From a virus (Duplodnaviria > Heunggongvirae > Uroviricota > Caudoviricetes): a stretch of DNA of 43,950 bases. The translations under genes and the position numbers were made by a program. The stretch spans positions 1 to 43,950 of the IMG/VR virus record IMGVR_UViG_2778261535_000013. One strand, 5' to 3'. Of this stretch, positions 1-9,546 are shown one piece after another. Under the pieces are notes generated by a model. It searched no databases and had not been told where the DNA came from. It was given only the letters and a program-made list of their open reading frames with translations. Positions within the stretch are counted from its first letter, which is position 1, and each line of letters begins with the position of its first letter.

Positions 1-2250
1 AAGCGTTTTTTTCTGCGCTTCTGACAGGGTTGATAATTCGCCCTGACTGACCTGATATTTCATCTTAGCCAGTTCAGTATTCTGCCCTGCCAGTGCTATC
101 TGTTCTTTTTGCTGTTTAATCAGCCGTTTATAAATATCTTCTGTTTTTTCCGCTTCGGTCTTTTTATGCGCTTTGGGTTTATTTGCCTGGTTATTTCGCC
201 AGGCATCCAGTGAGTTATTGATATAATTCTGTCTGGCTGTCTGATACGCCTCTCCCACAAAGCCGAGATCATCCGCAGCATAGCCCAGTCGGGCACGCTC
301 ACGCGCTTCCCCCTTAAGGCGGGACAGAGCCAGTTCGCGCTTGCTGTTATTCAGTGCGGTCTGCTGTTTATCATCCAGGGTTGCCTGTGGTAGCCGTAAC
401 GGTACATTCACCAGCCCCTGTCGCTGTTGAAGTAATTCATTACCAAGCCCAAGAAGGCGATTAAACTCGGTATGCTGCCCATTCATGATCAACAGGGACT
501 GATACGCTTTGTTTTGTTCCGCCGCCTGTTGACGGATCAACGCCACCCGTCGCTCCTCCAGCCCGGCAAGCACATCCTGAATGGATTGCGCTTTACCCTG
601 CATTTGAGTGAGGCGAGACTGTTCAACTGCCAGTTGATTTGTTGCTTCTGCAAGCCCTTCTGTGACAGTTTTTACCGACGTCATGTGGTTAATCATAAAA
701 CCGTTATCGGTTGTCCAGCCCGGATTTGCCAGCACATACTGATAGCCAGCAATTTTTTCCTGTAAGGATTTAATCTTACTTTTCTGCTCGTCAATTAACC
801 TGTTCTGCTCCTTCAGTGCCTGTCGCGTCTTTTCCTCATTATCTGACGCTTCAGGAAGCGACATTGCCGACGTTTTCTGGCGAATTTCGTCGATTGTTGC
901 GGCATACTGGCGTGCAGATTCTCTGGCCTGCTCCTGATTCTGATACATCGTGTACCAGGCCGCAGCCCCCAGCATGACGAGTCCCGGCACACCACCAACC
1001 AGCCCCAGCGCGCCACTTAATAAACGACTCCCCACTGACGTAACATTATTCAGCGTTGTCTGTGCCGCTGTTCTGGCCGCAATATTACGGGTAAGTGACG
1101 CCTGGGCAGCTGTCAGCTTCGCTTCTGCTGCGGCCTGCCTTTCGGTACCGCGAGCAGCAACAACCGCCTGTTGCGCACGATAAACCGCCGCACGCGCCCT
1201 GGCGGTTGCTATCTGTGTCCCCCGAAGTTGCACTTCAGCAAGAGCCACTTCGTTTCTGGCTGCAGTAATTAATCCAGCAGTTGCAGATCCAGCAGACGAC
1301 GCCATATTGCCAAAATATCGGGCTACCCCGACGGCAACCAGAGCACCGGCAGCGGTTGCCACGGTGTCAATATTGCCTGCAATACCATTCAGCACACCGG
1401 AGAGCGTCTTCGTCACTCCGCTTGCCTCGTTCGCACCACCGACCCAGGCCATAAAGGCGTTTTCAACTTTGGTTGCAGAGGATGAAACCGTATCAGGCAT
1501 TGCCGCATATTCATCACGTAATGCCCCAAGCTGACTAATCAGTGCAGGAACAACCTTATCGGCGGTCAACTTTCCGTTATCCGCCATGGCCTTCAGATCC
1601 TTACGGGCAACCCCCATTCCCGCAGCCAGCGCACGAATAACACGATCGCCGTTCTCATTCACCGAGTTAAACTCTTCACCGCGCAGCACTCCCTGCGCCA
1701 GTGCCTGACTGAACTGCGTGATCACCGAACTGGCTTCTGCTGTACTGGCACCGGATAATTTCAGGCCCGTGGAGATCGCCTCGGTGACTTTCAGTACCTC
1801 CTCAGAACTGTAACCATACTCCCGCATGGAAGCTGCAGAACGGGCAAAAAGGCTGGCGTTATCAGAAAACGCCGTCCCCGTTCTCTGGCTGATCGCCATT
1901 AATTCACGCTGTGATGCCTGAAAATCATCACTGGACTGTGAGGCCTGCTTCAGACGGGCATTTACTGAATTCCACTCATCGGCGAGAGAAATAAGATGAC
2001 CGGTAGCAAAAGCCCCGGCAAATGCCCCCGCCATATTCAGTGCCGAAGATTTAGCTGTATTTATCTGATCCGTCACTTCTGCCAGTGCACGCCGCATTTC
2101 ACGGGATGCAGCAGCGGACTGCCGGCCCCCGTTCTGCATGGTACGGTAGTAATCCTGCCCCATACGCGAAGCCCGGGAGATCTCTGACTGGAATGACCGG
2201 GAATTTGCCGAGATTTTAATAATCAGTTCACGTAGTGTCGCCACACTCAT
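1..2250 (-). CDS. tail tape measure protein, N-terminal ~750 aa (3' end runs past window start)
   Basis: ATG at 2250-2248 with an open frame to position 1 (not in ORF track because no stop in window); translation MSVATLRELIIKISANSRSFQ...; Ala/Gln-rich coiled-coil-like sequence typical of tape measure proteins; located directly downstream of the G/GT chaperone genes. Confidence 0.85.
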   Translation of the reverse strand, partial: MSVATLRELIIKISANSRSFQSEISRASRMGQDYYRTMQNGGRQSAAASREMRRALAEVTDQINTAKSSALNMAGAFAGAFATGHLISLADEWNSVNARLKQASQSSDDFQASQRELMAISQRTGTAFSDNASLFARSAASMREYGYSSEEVLKVTEAISTGLKLSGASTAEASSVITQFSQALAQGVLRGEEFNSVNENGDRVIRALAAGMGVARKDLKAMADNGKLTADKVVPALISQLGALRDEYAAMPDTVSSSATKVENAFMAWVGGANEASGVTKTLSGVLNGIAGNIDTVATAAGALVAVGVARYFGNMASSAGSATAGLITAARNEVALAEVQLRGTQIATARARAAVYRAQQAVVAARGTERQAAAEAKLTAAQASLTRNIAARTAAQTTLNNVTSVGSRLLSGALGLVGGVPGLVMLGAAAWYTMYQNQEQARESARQYAATIDEIRQKTSAMSLPEASDNEEKTRQALKEQNRLIDEQKSKIKSLQEKIAGYQYVLANPGWTTDNGFMINHMTSVKTVTEGLAEATNQLAVEQSRLTQMQGKAQSIQDVLAGLEERRVALIRQQAAEQNKAYQSLLIMNGQHTEFNRLLGLGNELLQQRQGLVNVPLRLPQATLDDKQQTALNNSKRELALSRLKGEARERARLGYAADDLGFVGEAYQTARQNYINNSLDAWRNNQANKPKAHKKTEAEKTEDIYKRLIKQQKEQIALAGQNTELAKMKYQVSQGELSTLSEAQKKTL

Positions 2251-2260
2251 TCTCCGGACG

Positions 2261-2281
2261 AAAAAAACCGCCGAAGCGGTT
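2261..2281 (-). terminator. hairpin plus U-run (terminator-like) between GT chaperone stop and tape measure start
   Basis: minus-strand ACCGC-TTCG-GCGGT stem-loop followed by TTTTTTT, 10 nt upstream of the tape measure ATG. Confidence 0.35.
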
Positions 2282-2289
2282 ATATTGAC

Positions 2290-2580
2290 TCACTGAGACA
2301 CTATTAAAAGCGCGTTTTCCAGTCCGGCAAATGGATCTGATACGCCTTCTGTCTGCTCTTGTCCCCACTGAAGAAGCGCATCATTCAGTGGTACTTTGAC
2401 ACCCTGTGCACCGTAAACCGCAGAAACTATCTGGGCAGCCCGGATATCAGCCCGCTCGTCACCCAGCGGGCTGAACCTGTCAAATTCTGCCCACATCATG
2501 ATTTCTGATGCGGACATTTCCCTGCGTAACTCTGACAATGTGCGCCCCATCCTGAGCGCCAGCATCATCAGAAAACGCAC
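2290..2580 (-). CDS. tail assembly chaperone T-frame segment, probably expressed as a G-T fusion by -1 frameshift
   Basis: ORF lies in the -1 frame relative to the upstream G-like ORF with no stop between the slippery run and this ORF; position between major tail and tape measure as in lambda G/GT. Confidence 0.6.
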   Translation of the reverse strand: MRFLMMLALRMGRTLSELRREMSASEIMMWAEFDRFSPLGDERADIRAAQIVSAVYGAQGVKVPLNDALLQWGQEQTEGVSDPFAGLENALLIVSQ

Positions 2581-2591
2581 CCCCGGAAGCG

Positions 2592-2978
2592 CTACTTTTT
2601 TTTAACCTCGCCGGCATCACTGATCAGTTCCAGAGACTGCCGAAGAAGCCGCGCATGCACCGGGCCATACACGGCAATCACCTGTTCACGATCATCCTCT
2701 GAAAATACAGGTTGCAGTCCGGTATCACACAGAACATCAATGAACAGTTCAACATCTGCCTCCAGATTTCGGCGGGCGCGCTCAGCAACGGATAACGGTG
2801 TCTCATCATCTTTTGCTTTAACGATCTCCTGCCAGCGCAACCAGGCTTCTGCAGAAGGTTCCCGTAATACAACCGTTGCCCCTTCCCATTCAGGCACATC
2901 AACAGTTTTATGGCGAAACCCCGACATCGTTGCCAGTGCCAGATTACGGATATTTTTAGTCATCACATCTATCCTCAT
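2592..2978 (-). CDS. tail assembly chaperone (lambda gpG-like)
   Basis: 128 aa ORF immediately downstream of major tail gene and upstream of tape measure; ends ...GEVKKK at the slippery run. Confidence 0.7.
   Translation of the reverse strand: MRIDVMTKNIRNLALATMSGFRHKTVDVPEWEGATVVLREPSAEAWLRWQEIVKAKDDETPLSVAERARRNLEADVELFIDVLCDTGLQPVFSEDDREQVIAVYGPVHARLLRQSLELISDAGEVKKK
2596..2603 (-). promoter_or_regulatory. candidate programmed -1 frameshift slippery site (A8 followed by G on coding strand)
   Basis: coding strand reads GAG GTT AAA AAA AAG TAG at the 3' end of the G-like ORF; shifting -1 here reads through into the T-frame ORF. Confidence 0.5.
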
Positions 2979-3682
2979 TAACTGACGGTAACAGTGCAGG
3001 AAGTGGAGGTCACCTTGTTAACCGGGCTTGCTGAATCAGAAATCTCGCAGGTATACGCACCGGCATCACCGGATGCTGCTGATGCCTTACTGAACGTTGC
3101 CGCCGTCTGTCCGGAAACAGGAGAACCACCTTTCTTCCAGACATAAGAATAAGGCGGCACACCACCGGCAGCCTCAACCACCATTTCGAGTTTCGAACCG
3201 GAAGCAACCTGCAGCGTGCTGTTTAAATCAACCTTCACTTTCAGCGGAACTGTCGTCAGCACAGGTTTACCTTTCAGACGCAGGGAAAACGTTGCAGCCA
3301 CAACACCATTGGTTCCTGCAGACCAGGTATGCTGACGCACCTCTGCCATAAAGGTAAATCCGTTGCCTGACGGAAAAATAACTTTAAAGCCATACGTGGT
3401 GTCATTGTCATAGGCACTGCGCAACGCGTTCTGGGCAGCATTGAGGTAAAAGTTGCCTGACATGGAAATCTCTGACGCGGCACCAAGACCGTTAATATTT
3501 TCCTGCTCAACAGAACACAGCGTGGTGACATCAATATCCTGCTTTTGTCCTGCGGTAAACTGCACCTCTTTGATTGTACAGCTCAGGCCAAGATAGCTGG
3601 CAGAATCCAGGGTTTCTGCTGTTACCGGTGCAGACGAAATCATAATTTTCGTCAGTTGCGAACGCTCAAAATTAGAGGACAT
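2978..3682 (-). CDS. major tail protein with C-terminal Ig-like domain
   Basis: 234 aa; position upstream of G/GT; C-terminal region (…VEAAGGVPPYSYVWKKGGSPVSGQTAATFSKASAASGDAGAYTCEISDSA…) resembles bacterial Ig-like domains found on lambda gpV-type tail proteins. Confidence 0.75.
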   Translation of the reverse strand: MSSNFERSQLTKIMISSAPVTAETLDSASYLGLSCTIKEVQFTAGQKQDIDVTTLCSVEQENINGLGAASEISMSGNFYLNAAQNALRSAYDNDTTYGFKVIFPSGNGFTFMAEVRQHTWSAGTNGVVAATFSLRLKGKPVLTTVPLKVKVDLNSTLQVASGSKLEMVVEAAGGVPPYSYVWKKGGSPVSGQTAATFSKASAASGDAGAYTCEISDSASPVNKVTSTSCTVTVS

Positions 3683-3695
3683 ACTCGTCTCCTGA

Positions 3696-3722
3696 AAATA
3701 AAAAAACCCGCCAGCGGCGGGT
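3696..3722 (-). terminator. hairpin plus U-run upstream of major tail gene
   Basis: minus-strand CCCGCCGCTGGCGGG stem-loop followed by a T-run, then RBS CAGGAG and the major tail ATG. Confidence 0.35.
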
Positions 3723-3742
3723 GGGTAAAATCATTAATGACC

Positions 3743-4087
3743 TCAGGCTATTACCTGGAATTCAAGCGTGGCTCTGCTCAGACGGGAGTCAGGATCATAA
3801 CCCTGCGTTTTAGAAATAACGGAGGGTGCCAGTTTTCTTACCGCATCAAGCGCCTGCTCACGGATATCATCTGCGTCATCAGGTACTGTTGCCCAGACAT
3901 CGATCTGCACGGTAATTCTGGATTCAGCCTGACCATCAAGCACATCAGACGCAGTGTCAGACACCACAGAAAATACCAGCCATGGCGGAGATACCGCAGG
4001 CTTTCCCTCCGTCAGCGGGACCACATAAGGATAAACCTGTCCTCCGGCCAGTTGAGACAGCAGGGAATACAGTGTGGTCTCTCTCAT
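3743..4087 (-). CDS. putative tail terminator / tail completion protein
   Basis: 114 aa ORF in the syntenic position between the HK97 gp10-like gene and the major tail gene; no motif-level identification. Confidence 0.4.
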   Translation of the reverse strand: MRETTLYSLLSQLAGGQVYPYVVPLTEGKPAVSPPWLVFSVVSDTASDVLDGQAESRITVQIDVWATVPDDADDIREQALDAVRKLAPSVISKTQGYDPDSRLSRATLEFQVIA

Positions 4088-4533
4088 TTACTTAAGACCT
4101 CATCAATAGCCTGATTCATTCGCTGTATGGCAATCTGTGCTGCCAGTTCCTCTGTCGTATCGAAAGCCGGGCGAATGAACGGATGCGCGGGCATGTTTAC
4201 CGTTCCCAGCTCCACAAAGCGCCAGTAAAACGCATTTCGGGGATCACTGGCTTTCATGCTGTTATCACTGTTTCCGGTTCGCAGGTTCCGTCCACGAATG
4301 TGGACACCCGAGATAATTTCCCCCCGACGCTTTGAACGCTGAGTGAGAACAACCACATTTTTCTTCAGTTTCCCGGTTCGCTCCGGCGCACGTTCAACAA
4401 CTGCATCCCGCATAACTTCAGCACCGGCACGGGTGGCATCGCGCAGTACCTTATTGTTTTCTGCCCTGCTGAGCGTCTCCAGATCCCGTGCAATATCCGC
4501 CAGACCTGAAAAATCAAGACTGAAATCCATCAC
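4084..4533 (-). CDS. HK97 gp10-family tail component
   Basis: 149 aa; sequence features (…GTVNMPAHPFIRPAFD…) and position match the HK97 gp10 family. Confidence 0.65.
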   Translation of the reverse strand: MMDFSLDFSGLADIARDLETLSRAENNKVLRDATRAGAEVMRDAVVERAPERTGKLKKNVVVLTQRSKRRGEIISGVHIRGRNLRTGNSDNSMKASDPRNAFYWRFVELGTVNMPAHPFIRPAFDTTEELAAQIAIQRMNQAIDEVLSK

Positions 4534-4868
4534 ACATTCCCCTTCTGAGAACAGAGTATCTCAAGCCGTGTGGCACGGGCATCCGGTATCGGCGGACCGT
4601 CTATACTCAGAATCGCGCCTTTGAATGCACCAGTCAGCACTTTCAGACATGAAGTTGCTGTCACATCTCGCCGGAATCTCATCCAGACCTTCACTGTAGC
4701 CTGAGCAGTTTCTGCACCTCCGGATATTCTCTCCCTGCCACTGATTCCCTTAACTTCTGCCCATATGGTTGCCCCCTCCGTCATTGTTTCCACAGGGTGC
4801 CCTGACGGAGACCGAACGGTGGTGGCATTCAGAATAACCACACGATCACGTAATCTTCCTGCCTGCAT
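4530..4868 (-). CDS. head closure / head-tail joining protein
   Basis: 112 aa, N-terminus MQAGRLRDRVVIL… typical of head-tail joining proteins; located after the gp6-like connector. Confidence 0.65.
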   Translation of the reverse strand: MQAGRLRDRVVILNATTVRSPSGHPVETMTEGATIWAEVKGISGRERISGGAETAQATVKVWMRFRRDVTATSCLKVLTGAFKGAILSIDGPPIPDARATRLEILCSQKGNV

Positions 4869-4876
4869 GAATCCTC

Positions 4877-5182
4877 CTATGTTCCGGGATGAAGCCGATA
4901 CATCCGCAGTCCGGTATAGAAAAAATCAGGCACTGCATCCTGCATTTCCCTGTTCTCGTACCAGTAGCCAACCAGTTGCATAAGACGCAGTTTTATCAGA
5001 GGTGTTATTACAAGCCCGGTCGTATCCTGCTCAGAAACAGTTTCATCGTAAAGCGTTCGGTTTAAAAACTTTTCAGCCTCTTCCCTGGCAGCATCCAGAT
5101 ACATCATAAGAAGAGAATTCTCCTGTTCATTGTCATCATCAATCCGGCACTGAACACGAAGCTCTTCCAGAGTGGGCATCAT
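4877..5182 (-). CDS. head-tail connector protein (gp6-like)
   Basis: 101 aa ORF directly downstream of capsid gene region; acidic N-terminus and size typical of gp6-like connectors. Confidence 0.65.
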   Translation of the reverse strand: MMPTLEELRVQCRIDDDNEQENSLLMMYLDAAREEAEKFLNRTLYDETVSEQDTTGLVITPLIKLRLMQLVGYWYENREMQDAVPDFFYTGLRMYRLHPGT

Positions 5183-5193
5183 TTGGGCAACCT

Positions 5194-5382
5194 CTATGAA
5201 TGCTGTTTTTTAGACTTATCAGCCCCCCGCGCAACAGGTGTTCTCTTATCAGAGACAATCCCAGCTGCAGTGGCAATTTCGCGTACCCGTTCGGGTAATT
5301 CTTTATCTTCATACTCACCGGCCCGAATGATCTCAACACTCATACCGTCCGGTGACCATTTCAGATCTTGTTTCAGGATCAT
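5194..5382 (-). CDS. hypothetical small protein
   Basis: 62 aa ORF between capsid and connector genes; no recognisable motif. Confidence 0.3.
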   Translation of the reverse strand: MILKQDLKWSPDGMSVEIIRAGEYEDKELPERVREIATAAGIVSDKRTPVARGADKSKKQHS

Positions 5383-5430
5383 GATTCTTCACCCGTCAGA
5401 ACAGGGGCGCGGTTCCGCGCCCCTGAGTGA

Positions 5431-6636
5431 TTACGCCGCTGCAATCTTCAGCAGTTTGATGGCCTGCGAATCGACCAGCATCCCGCCGGTGCGCTTGGTG
5501 GTATAAAAACCGACAAACGGTTTATTGGTGTACGGGTCACGCAGAATGCGGGTGCCGATACGGTCAACGATGGTGTAACCCCGTTTGAAGTTACCAAATG
5601 CAATGGCTTTCGCATCAGCGGCGATATCCGGCATCTGTTCGTTTTCAGCGATACCGTAACCCGCCAGAGAGGACGGCTGCCCCAGTTCCAGCCCCGGACG
5701 CCACAGATAGTTACCCTCGCTGTCTTTAAGCAGACGGATGGCAAACAGGCTGTTGTTGTTCATCATGAACTTCGCGCCAGTGCGGTGTGCCTTACGCAGC
5801 GTGTAAATCAGTTTGATAATGGCGTCTGCGGTCACCGCCGTCGCTTCGCCGGATACAATATGCTGAAGTTTGCCGAACGCCCGGACCTTATCGGTTTCAT
5901 CAGTGGATTCATACGCCAGGAACCCTTTCGGCTTCTTGGTACCATCGCCGGTGGTAAAGGCAATTTCTTCCTGTTCGGCAAATTCGGTTGCCAGCTCGCT
6001 GTTGATCCAGGCCTCCACGTTGAAAAAGGCATCATCCAGCATTTTCTGGGTGGCCTGCGGGTTACCGTAGATTTCCCCCATGAAAGGTTCAATCAGGCCC
6101 AGTTTTGAGGTGGCAGTCTGGGAGCGCGCGTCAGTCTCGCCAACCCATCCGGAAGCCGTGCCACCCAGATTCACCAGTTTTTTGTAGTCGGAACCACCAA
6201 CGGTGATCACCGTGGCTTCCTGGCGCATCACCACTTCATCTTTCAGCAGGGTGAGAATGTTGCGATCCAGTGCTTCCGGCACGGCATAGCCGCCGTCTTC
6301 ATCGGTGCCCACCTGTAATGCCTTGCGCTCCAGATCGCGCAGACCATCTTCACGGCCTTTACGCAGGAAGCCCACAAACGCTTCTTTATGCTCGGTGGCC
6401 AGTTTATTTTGCGCACCACCTGCCGGACGTTTCAGCTCAAGCAGCTCTTTTTCAAGATCGCTTTTGAGGTTTTCCAGCTCGCTGAGTTTCCCGTTCAGGG
6501 TTTCCACCTGCCCGGCAAGTTTGCCTTTTTCCTGCTCAATCGCATCCACGCGCTTGTCGTTCTTTGCTTTGAAGTCGTCAAACTTCTGCTGCAGCTCCTG
6601 CGCGACCTGTTCGACATCTTTAATATCAACCGCCAT
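5431..6636 (-). CDS. major capsid protein, HK97 family
   Basis: 401 aa; N-terminal coiled-coil delta-like region followed by HK97-fold-like sequence; preceded by protease and portal genes. Confidence 0.9.
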   Translation of the reverse strand: MAVDIKDVEQVAQELQQKFDDFKAKNDKRVDAIEQEKGKLAGQVETLNGKLSELENLKSDLEKELLELKRPAGGAQNKLATEHKEAFVGFLRKGREDGLRDLERKALQVGTDEDGGYAVPEALDRNILTLLKDEVVMRQEATVITVGGSDYKKLVNLGGTASGWVGETDARSQTATSKLGLIEPFMGEIYGNPQATQKMLDDAFFNVEAWINSELATEFAEQEEIAFTTGDGTKKPKGFLAYESTDETDKVRAFGKLQHIVSGEATAVTADAIIKLIYTLRKAHRTGAKFMMNNNSLFAIRLLKDSEGNYLWRPGLELGQPSSLAGYGIAENEQMPDIAADAKAIAFGNFKRGYTIVDRIGTRILRDPYTNKPFVGFYTTKRTGGMLVDSQAIKLLKIAAA

Positions 6637-6650
6637 CGTATTTCTCCTGA

Positions 6651-7337
6651 TTAGAAGTTCAGATTTTTCAGTGCATTCAGTGCAGAGCCCACATCCTCAG
6701 CGTCGCGCAGGGACAGTGCGCCATAGCCCCCGGCCATGAATGCTTTGGCCTGGGTACGGGAGAGTCCGACATCACGCAGGACTCTTTCGATTTTTTTCTG
6801 TTCGGGGATTTCCCCGCGGGCCAGCGCGTTCTTGACGTCGCTGATCCGCGCCTCGTCGTTAGACGGAAACGTCACCAGACTGACTTCCCAGAGGTCGATT
6901 TCTTTCAGCAGAAAGGCTTCTTTCGTCCGGTCGTATTCCCAGTCCTTCAGGACGTACCCAATAGAAAGGCCGGTTAACGAACCGGCCTTCATGTGTGCAT
7001 GTGCGCGTTTTGCCAGGGGATCATCATCAATGAGCAACCGCCCCCTGACGTAAAGCCCGACATCGTCTTCCTTCATTTCGGTGTAAACACCGATGGGCTC
7101 ATCCATGCGGTGCTGCCAGAGCAGCGCAGGCAACGCTTTTCTGTCACTCCACGCCCGCAGGGAAGCAGCAAATGCCCCGGACATCACCACATCATCGTGA
7201 CTGTCCTTTACACCAAAGACGGAGCCATATCCTTCAAACTCACCGGAGTCACTGACAGATTTCAGACTCAGCGGTACATCAAGACGTTGTTTCGTCTGCA
7301 TTGGCGTTATCCTTCTGCTTACCGGCTTTACTGCCAT
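6651..7337 (-). CDS. prohead protease, HK97 family
   Basis: 228 aa; position between portal and capsid; sequence features of the U35/S78 prohead protease family. Confidence 0.85.
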   Translation of the reverse strand: MAVKPVSRRITPMQTKQRLDVPLSLKSVSDSGEFEGYGSVFGVKDSHDDVVMSGAFAASLRAWSDRKALPALLWQHRMDEPIGVYTEMKEDDVGLYVRGRLLIDDDPLAKRAHAHMKAGSLTGLSIGYVLKDWEYDRTKEAFLLKEIDLWEVSLVTFPSNDEARISDVKNALARGEIPEQKKIERVLRDVGLSRTQAKAFMAGGYGALSLRDAEDVGSALNALKNLNF

Positions 7338-8520
7338 CGGAGGGTTTCGTGGTCATGTTCATCGGTGTGAGATAGACATCACCACCGGGACGCGGATTCA
7401 TATCTTCCAGGTCACGGCAGTCATTGGGAGAGTAAATTCCCCAGTTAATCCCGGTGGCGTAGGCTTCAAAACGGGACTTCATATCCCCGCGCAGTAACGC
7501 CCCGGCGTTAAATTTGGCGTAATAAACGCCCTGCTTACTTTTTCGTACCAGTCCGGTGTTGATCCGCTGTTCGATGCGGGTCAGATACGGCACCAGTGAA
7601 TAGTTGATAAATCCGAGCCCCAGTTCTTCGATATTGTTGAAGGTGGCGCGATCGGTGTTCTGTACCATGTGCAACGGCACCCGGAACAAACGACAGATTT
7701 CTTCAAGCTGAAACTTGCGGGTTTCCAGGAACTGGCTGTCCTCGGCGTTCAGCGCCATCGACTTCCAGTCCAGCCCCATCTCAAGGATCATCGGGCGGTG
7801 AGCATTACCAAGCCCGGTGTGACGCTCCTCAAAATCTTTCTTCAGGCGCTCATAAGCCTGATCCGACAGCGTCTGTTCAGTACGCAACACACCGGACGTC
7901 ACCGCACCATTGCTGAACAGCCTGGCCCCGTGCTCTTCGGTCGCAGCTGCCAGCGATATTGCCTCGCGGGCATAGGCGATGGGATTCAGTCCCACCAGAC
8001 CGTCCAGCGTCAGCGTGCGCACATGCCAGATATCCTCCTGGGTCAGCACATCCGTGGAGCCGTCCGGGAATGTGACCTGATAGACCGGTTCCCAGCTACT
8101 GTTAAGCTTCGGTACCACACAGCCGGGATCGACGGGCAGCAGTTCAGCCACTTCGCCAAATGCTTTCACTTTGTAGGCGTAAAAGTTTCCCCGCAGGCAC
8201 AGACAGGTGACCACCAGCTCCCAGAACTCCTGCGGCGTCATATAGCCATTGGGATGCGTGGAGATCAGCTTATGCAGACGTTCGTCGGTGGCTCTCTGTT
8301 TCAGGCTGCCGTTCAGGTGATACAGATTGCAGGGCAACATCCCGACCGACTCTGCCAACACCCTGACGCAGGAAAAAACCGCCGTCAGTCGCATGGCCCG
8401 CTGGCTGCTGATCTGCTTTCCGGTATAGGTGTCATATGACAGCCCGATAGCATCCGCCAGCTTTGCTGGCGTGGTCACCGGCGCGTCACTTTTTCGTTGA
8501 AATAATCCCGAAAAGAACAC
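7279..8520 (-). CDS. portal protein, HK97 family
   Basis: 413 aa; upstream of protease and capsid; typical portal-family sequence; 3' end overlaps the protease ORF. Confidence 0.85.
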   Translation of the reverse strand: MFFSGLFQRKSDAPVTTPAKLADAIGLSYDTYTGKQISSQRAMRLTAVFSCVRVLAESVGMLPCNLYHLNGSLKQRATDERLHKLISTHPNGYMTPQEFWELVVTCLCLRGNFYAYKVKAFGEVAELLPVDPGCVVPKLNSSWEPVYQVTFPDGSTDVLTQEDIWHVRTLTLDGLVGLNPIAYAREAISLAAATEEHGARLFSNGAVTSGVLRTEQTLSDQAYERLKKDFEERHTGLGNAHRPMILEMGLDWKSMALNAEDSQFLETRKFQLEEICRLFRVPLHMVQNTDRATFNNIEELGLGFINYSLVPYLTRIEQRINTGLVRKSKQGVYYAKFNAGALLRGDMKSRFEAYATGINWGIYSPNDCRDLEDMNPRPGGDVYLTPMNMTTKPSDGSKAGKQKDNANADETTS

Positions 8521-8702
8521 TATTTACCTCCGCCGACAGACGGCTGTGTACGGTCGAGATATCGCGCCACCAACCACGACCAGAACAGGCACAGCACCCC
8601 GGCAACAACAAAACCCGCCGGGGGATAAATCAGCCAGGCACCATACGCCAGCAAAAGCGCCCCCAGCACGCCCACCAGTGGCGCGAGAATTATCAGAAAC
8701 AT
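8520..8702 (-). CDS. small membrane protein (hypothetical)
   Basis: 60 aa hydrophobic ORF between the terL remnant and portal. Confidence 0.3.
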   Translation of the reverse strand: MFLIILAPLVGVLGALLLAYGAWLIYPPAGFVVAGVLCLFWSWLVARYLDRTQPSVGGGK

Positions 8703-8713
8703 AATGACCTCGG

Positions 8714-9450
8714 TTAAAGCGAGCGGATGCCCACGCTGACCAGATGTTCAGACAGATCCGGCTCCGGTTCACCACCATTGACCAGCATCCGGCTCATTGC
8801 TGTAAACATCGCAACAGGGCCGTCGATTTTGGCTTCCGGCGTGGATTTATTCGGGAAGATGTTGTCGTTTTTGTCCGGTTTTACCGTAACGTTAGACATC
8901 ATCCAGTTCATGACCGGATGATTGCTGTGATGGAAACGCCCGGCATAGACCAGTGATTCCGTTTCCTTCATGGCCTCTGACAGATTGCGAACCGTCTGCG
9001 GAACCTCCACCAGCGGTATCCCTTCTTCAGCCAGTGCCAGGCTGAACTGCATCGCGCTCCACGGGTCAAATCCCAGTTCCCTGAGGTTTTCACCACCAAT
9101 CCATTCCAGTAAGTCACTTTTTATCTGAGCATGATCGATAACATCACCATCCGTCAGAATCAGCTTATCCATCTCCGCCCACTTCCGGTAAAGTTCTGCC
9201 TGCTGCCGCGAGCATCGTTCCAGCCGTCCTTCCGGAAGCCAGAATTTAAAATCGGCATGAACATGCCCGTTATCCGTTCGCCAGAGTTTTGCCGCCGCAC
9301 AGATATCAATCTTATGAGCAAGGTCAACGCCGACCCACATGGGATACGTTTTCAGCTCATGTCGTGGGGCAATGTATTCGCACTTCTCCCACTTAATCAT
9401 GTCCATCCAGGCAGACTCTGCTGTTACCCACACATTCATGTGTTTGGTAA
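8714..9450 (-). pseudogene. terL: terminase large subunit, C-terminal (nuclease-domain) fragment of an interrupted gene
   Basis: 241 aa ORF begins …TKHMNVWVTAESAWMDM…; the frame is open upstream only to the insertion junction at 9450; it continues the N-terminal fragment at 24089-25116 when the insert is removed. Confidence 0.8.
9444..9450. repeat. att core copy (TTGGTAA) at left junction of the inserted element
   Basis: identical 7-mer at 24089-24095; joining left flank plus core plus right flank restores the terL reading frame. Confidence 0.6.
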
Positions 9451-9525
9451 GAATATTTCAAGTTTTTTAAAATCACCTGTATATCAATCGTTTAACATGA
9501 AAAAACAGTCTTTATAAATCATCAA

Positions 9526-9546
9526 GCAATACACAGCGCAATACAC
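9526..9546. repeat. GCAATACACAGCGCAATACAC, candidate integrase arm-type site (left arm)
   Basis: near-identical 21-mer (one mismatch) at 23938-23958 just inside the opposite end of the element. Confidence 0.4.

Noticed and set aside
472-1534. Several 60-100 aa ORFs on both strands inside the tape measure gene
   Set aside because: All lie within or antisense to the continuous tape measure frame (1-2250, minus strand); they are products of Ala-rich codon bias.
7669-8439. 256-aa plus-strand ORF
   Set aside because: Lies entirely antisense within the well-supported portal gene; His/Gln/Arg-rich translation typical of a spurious antisense frame.
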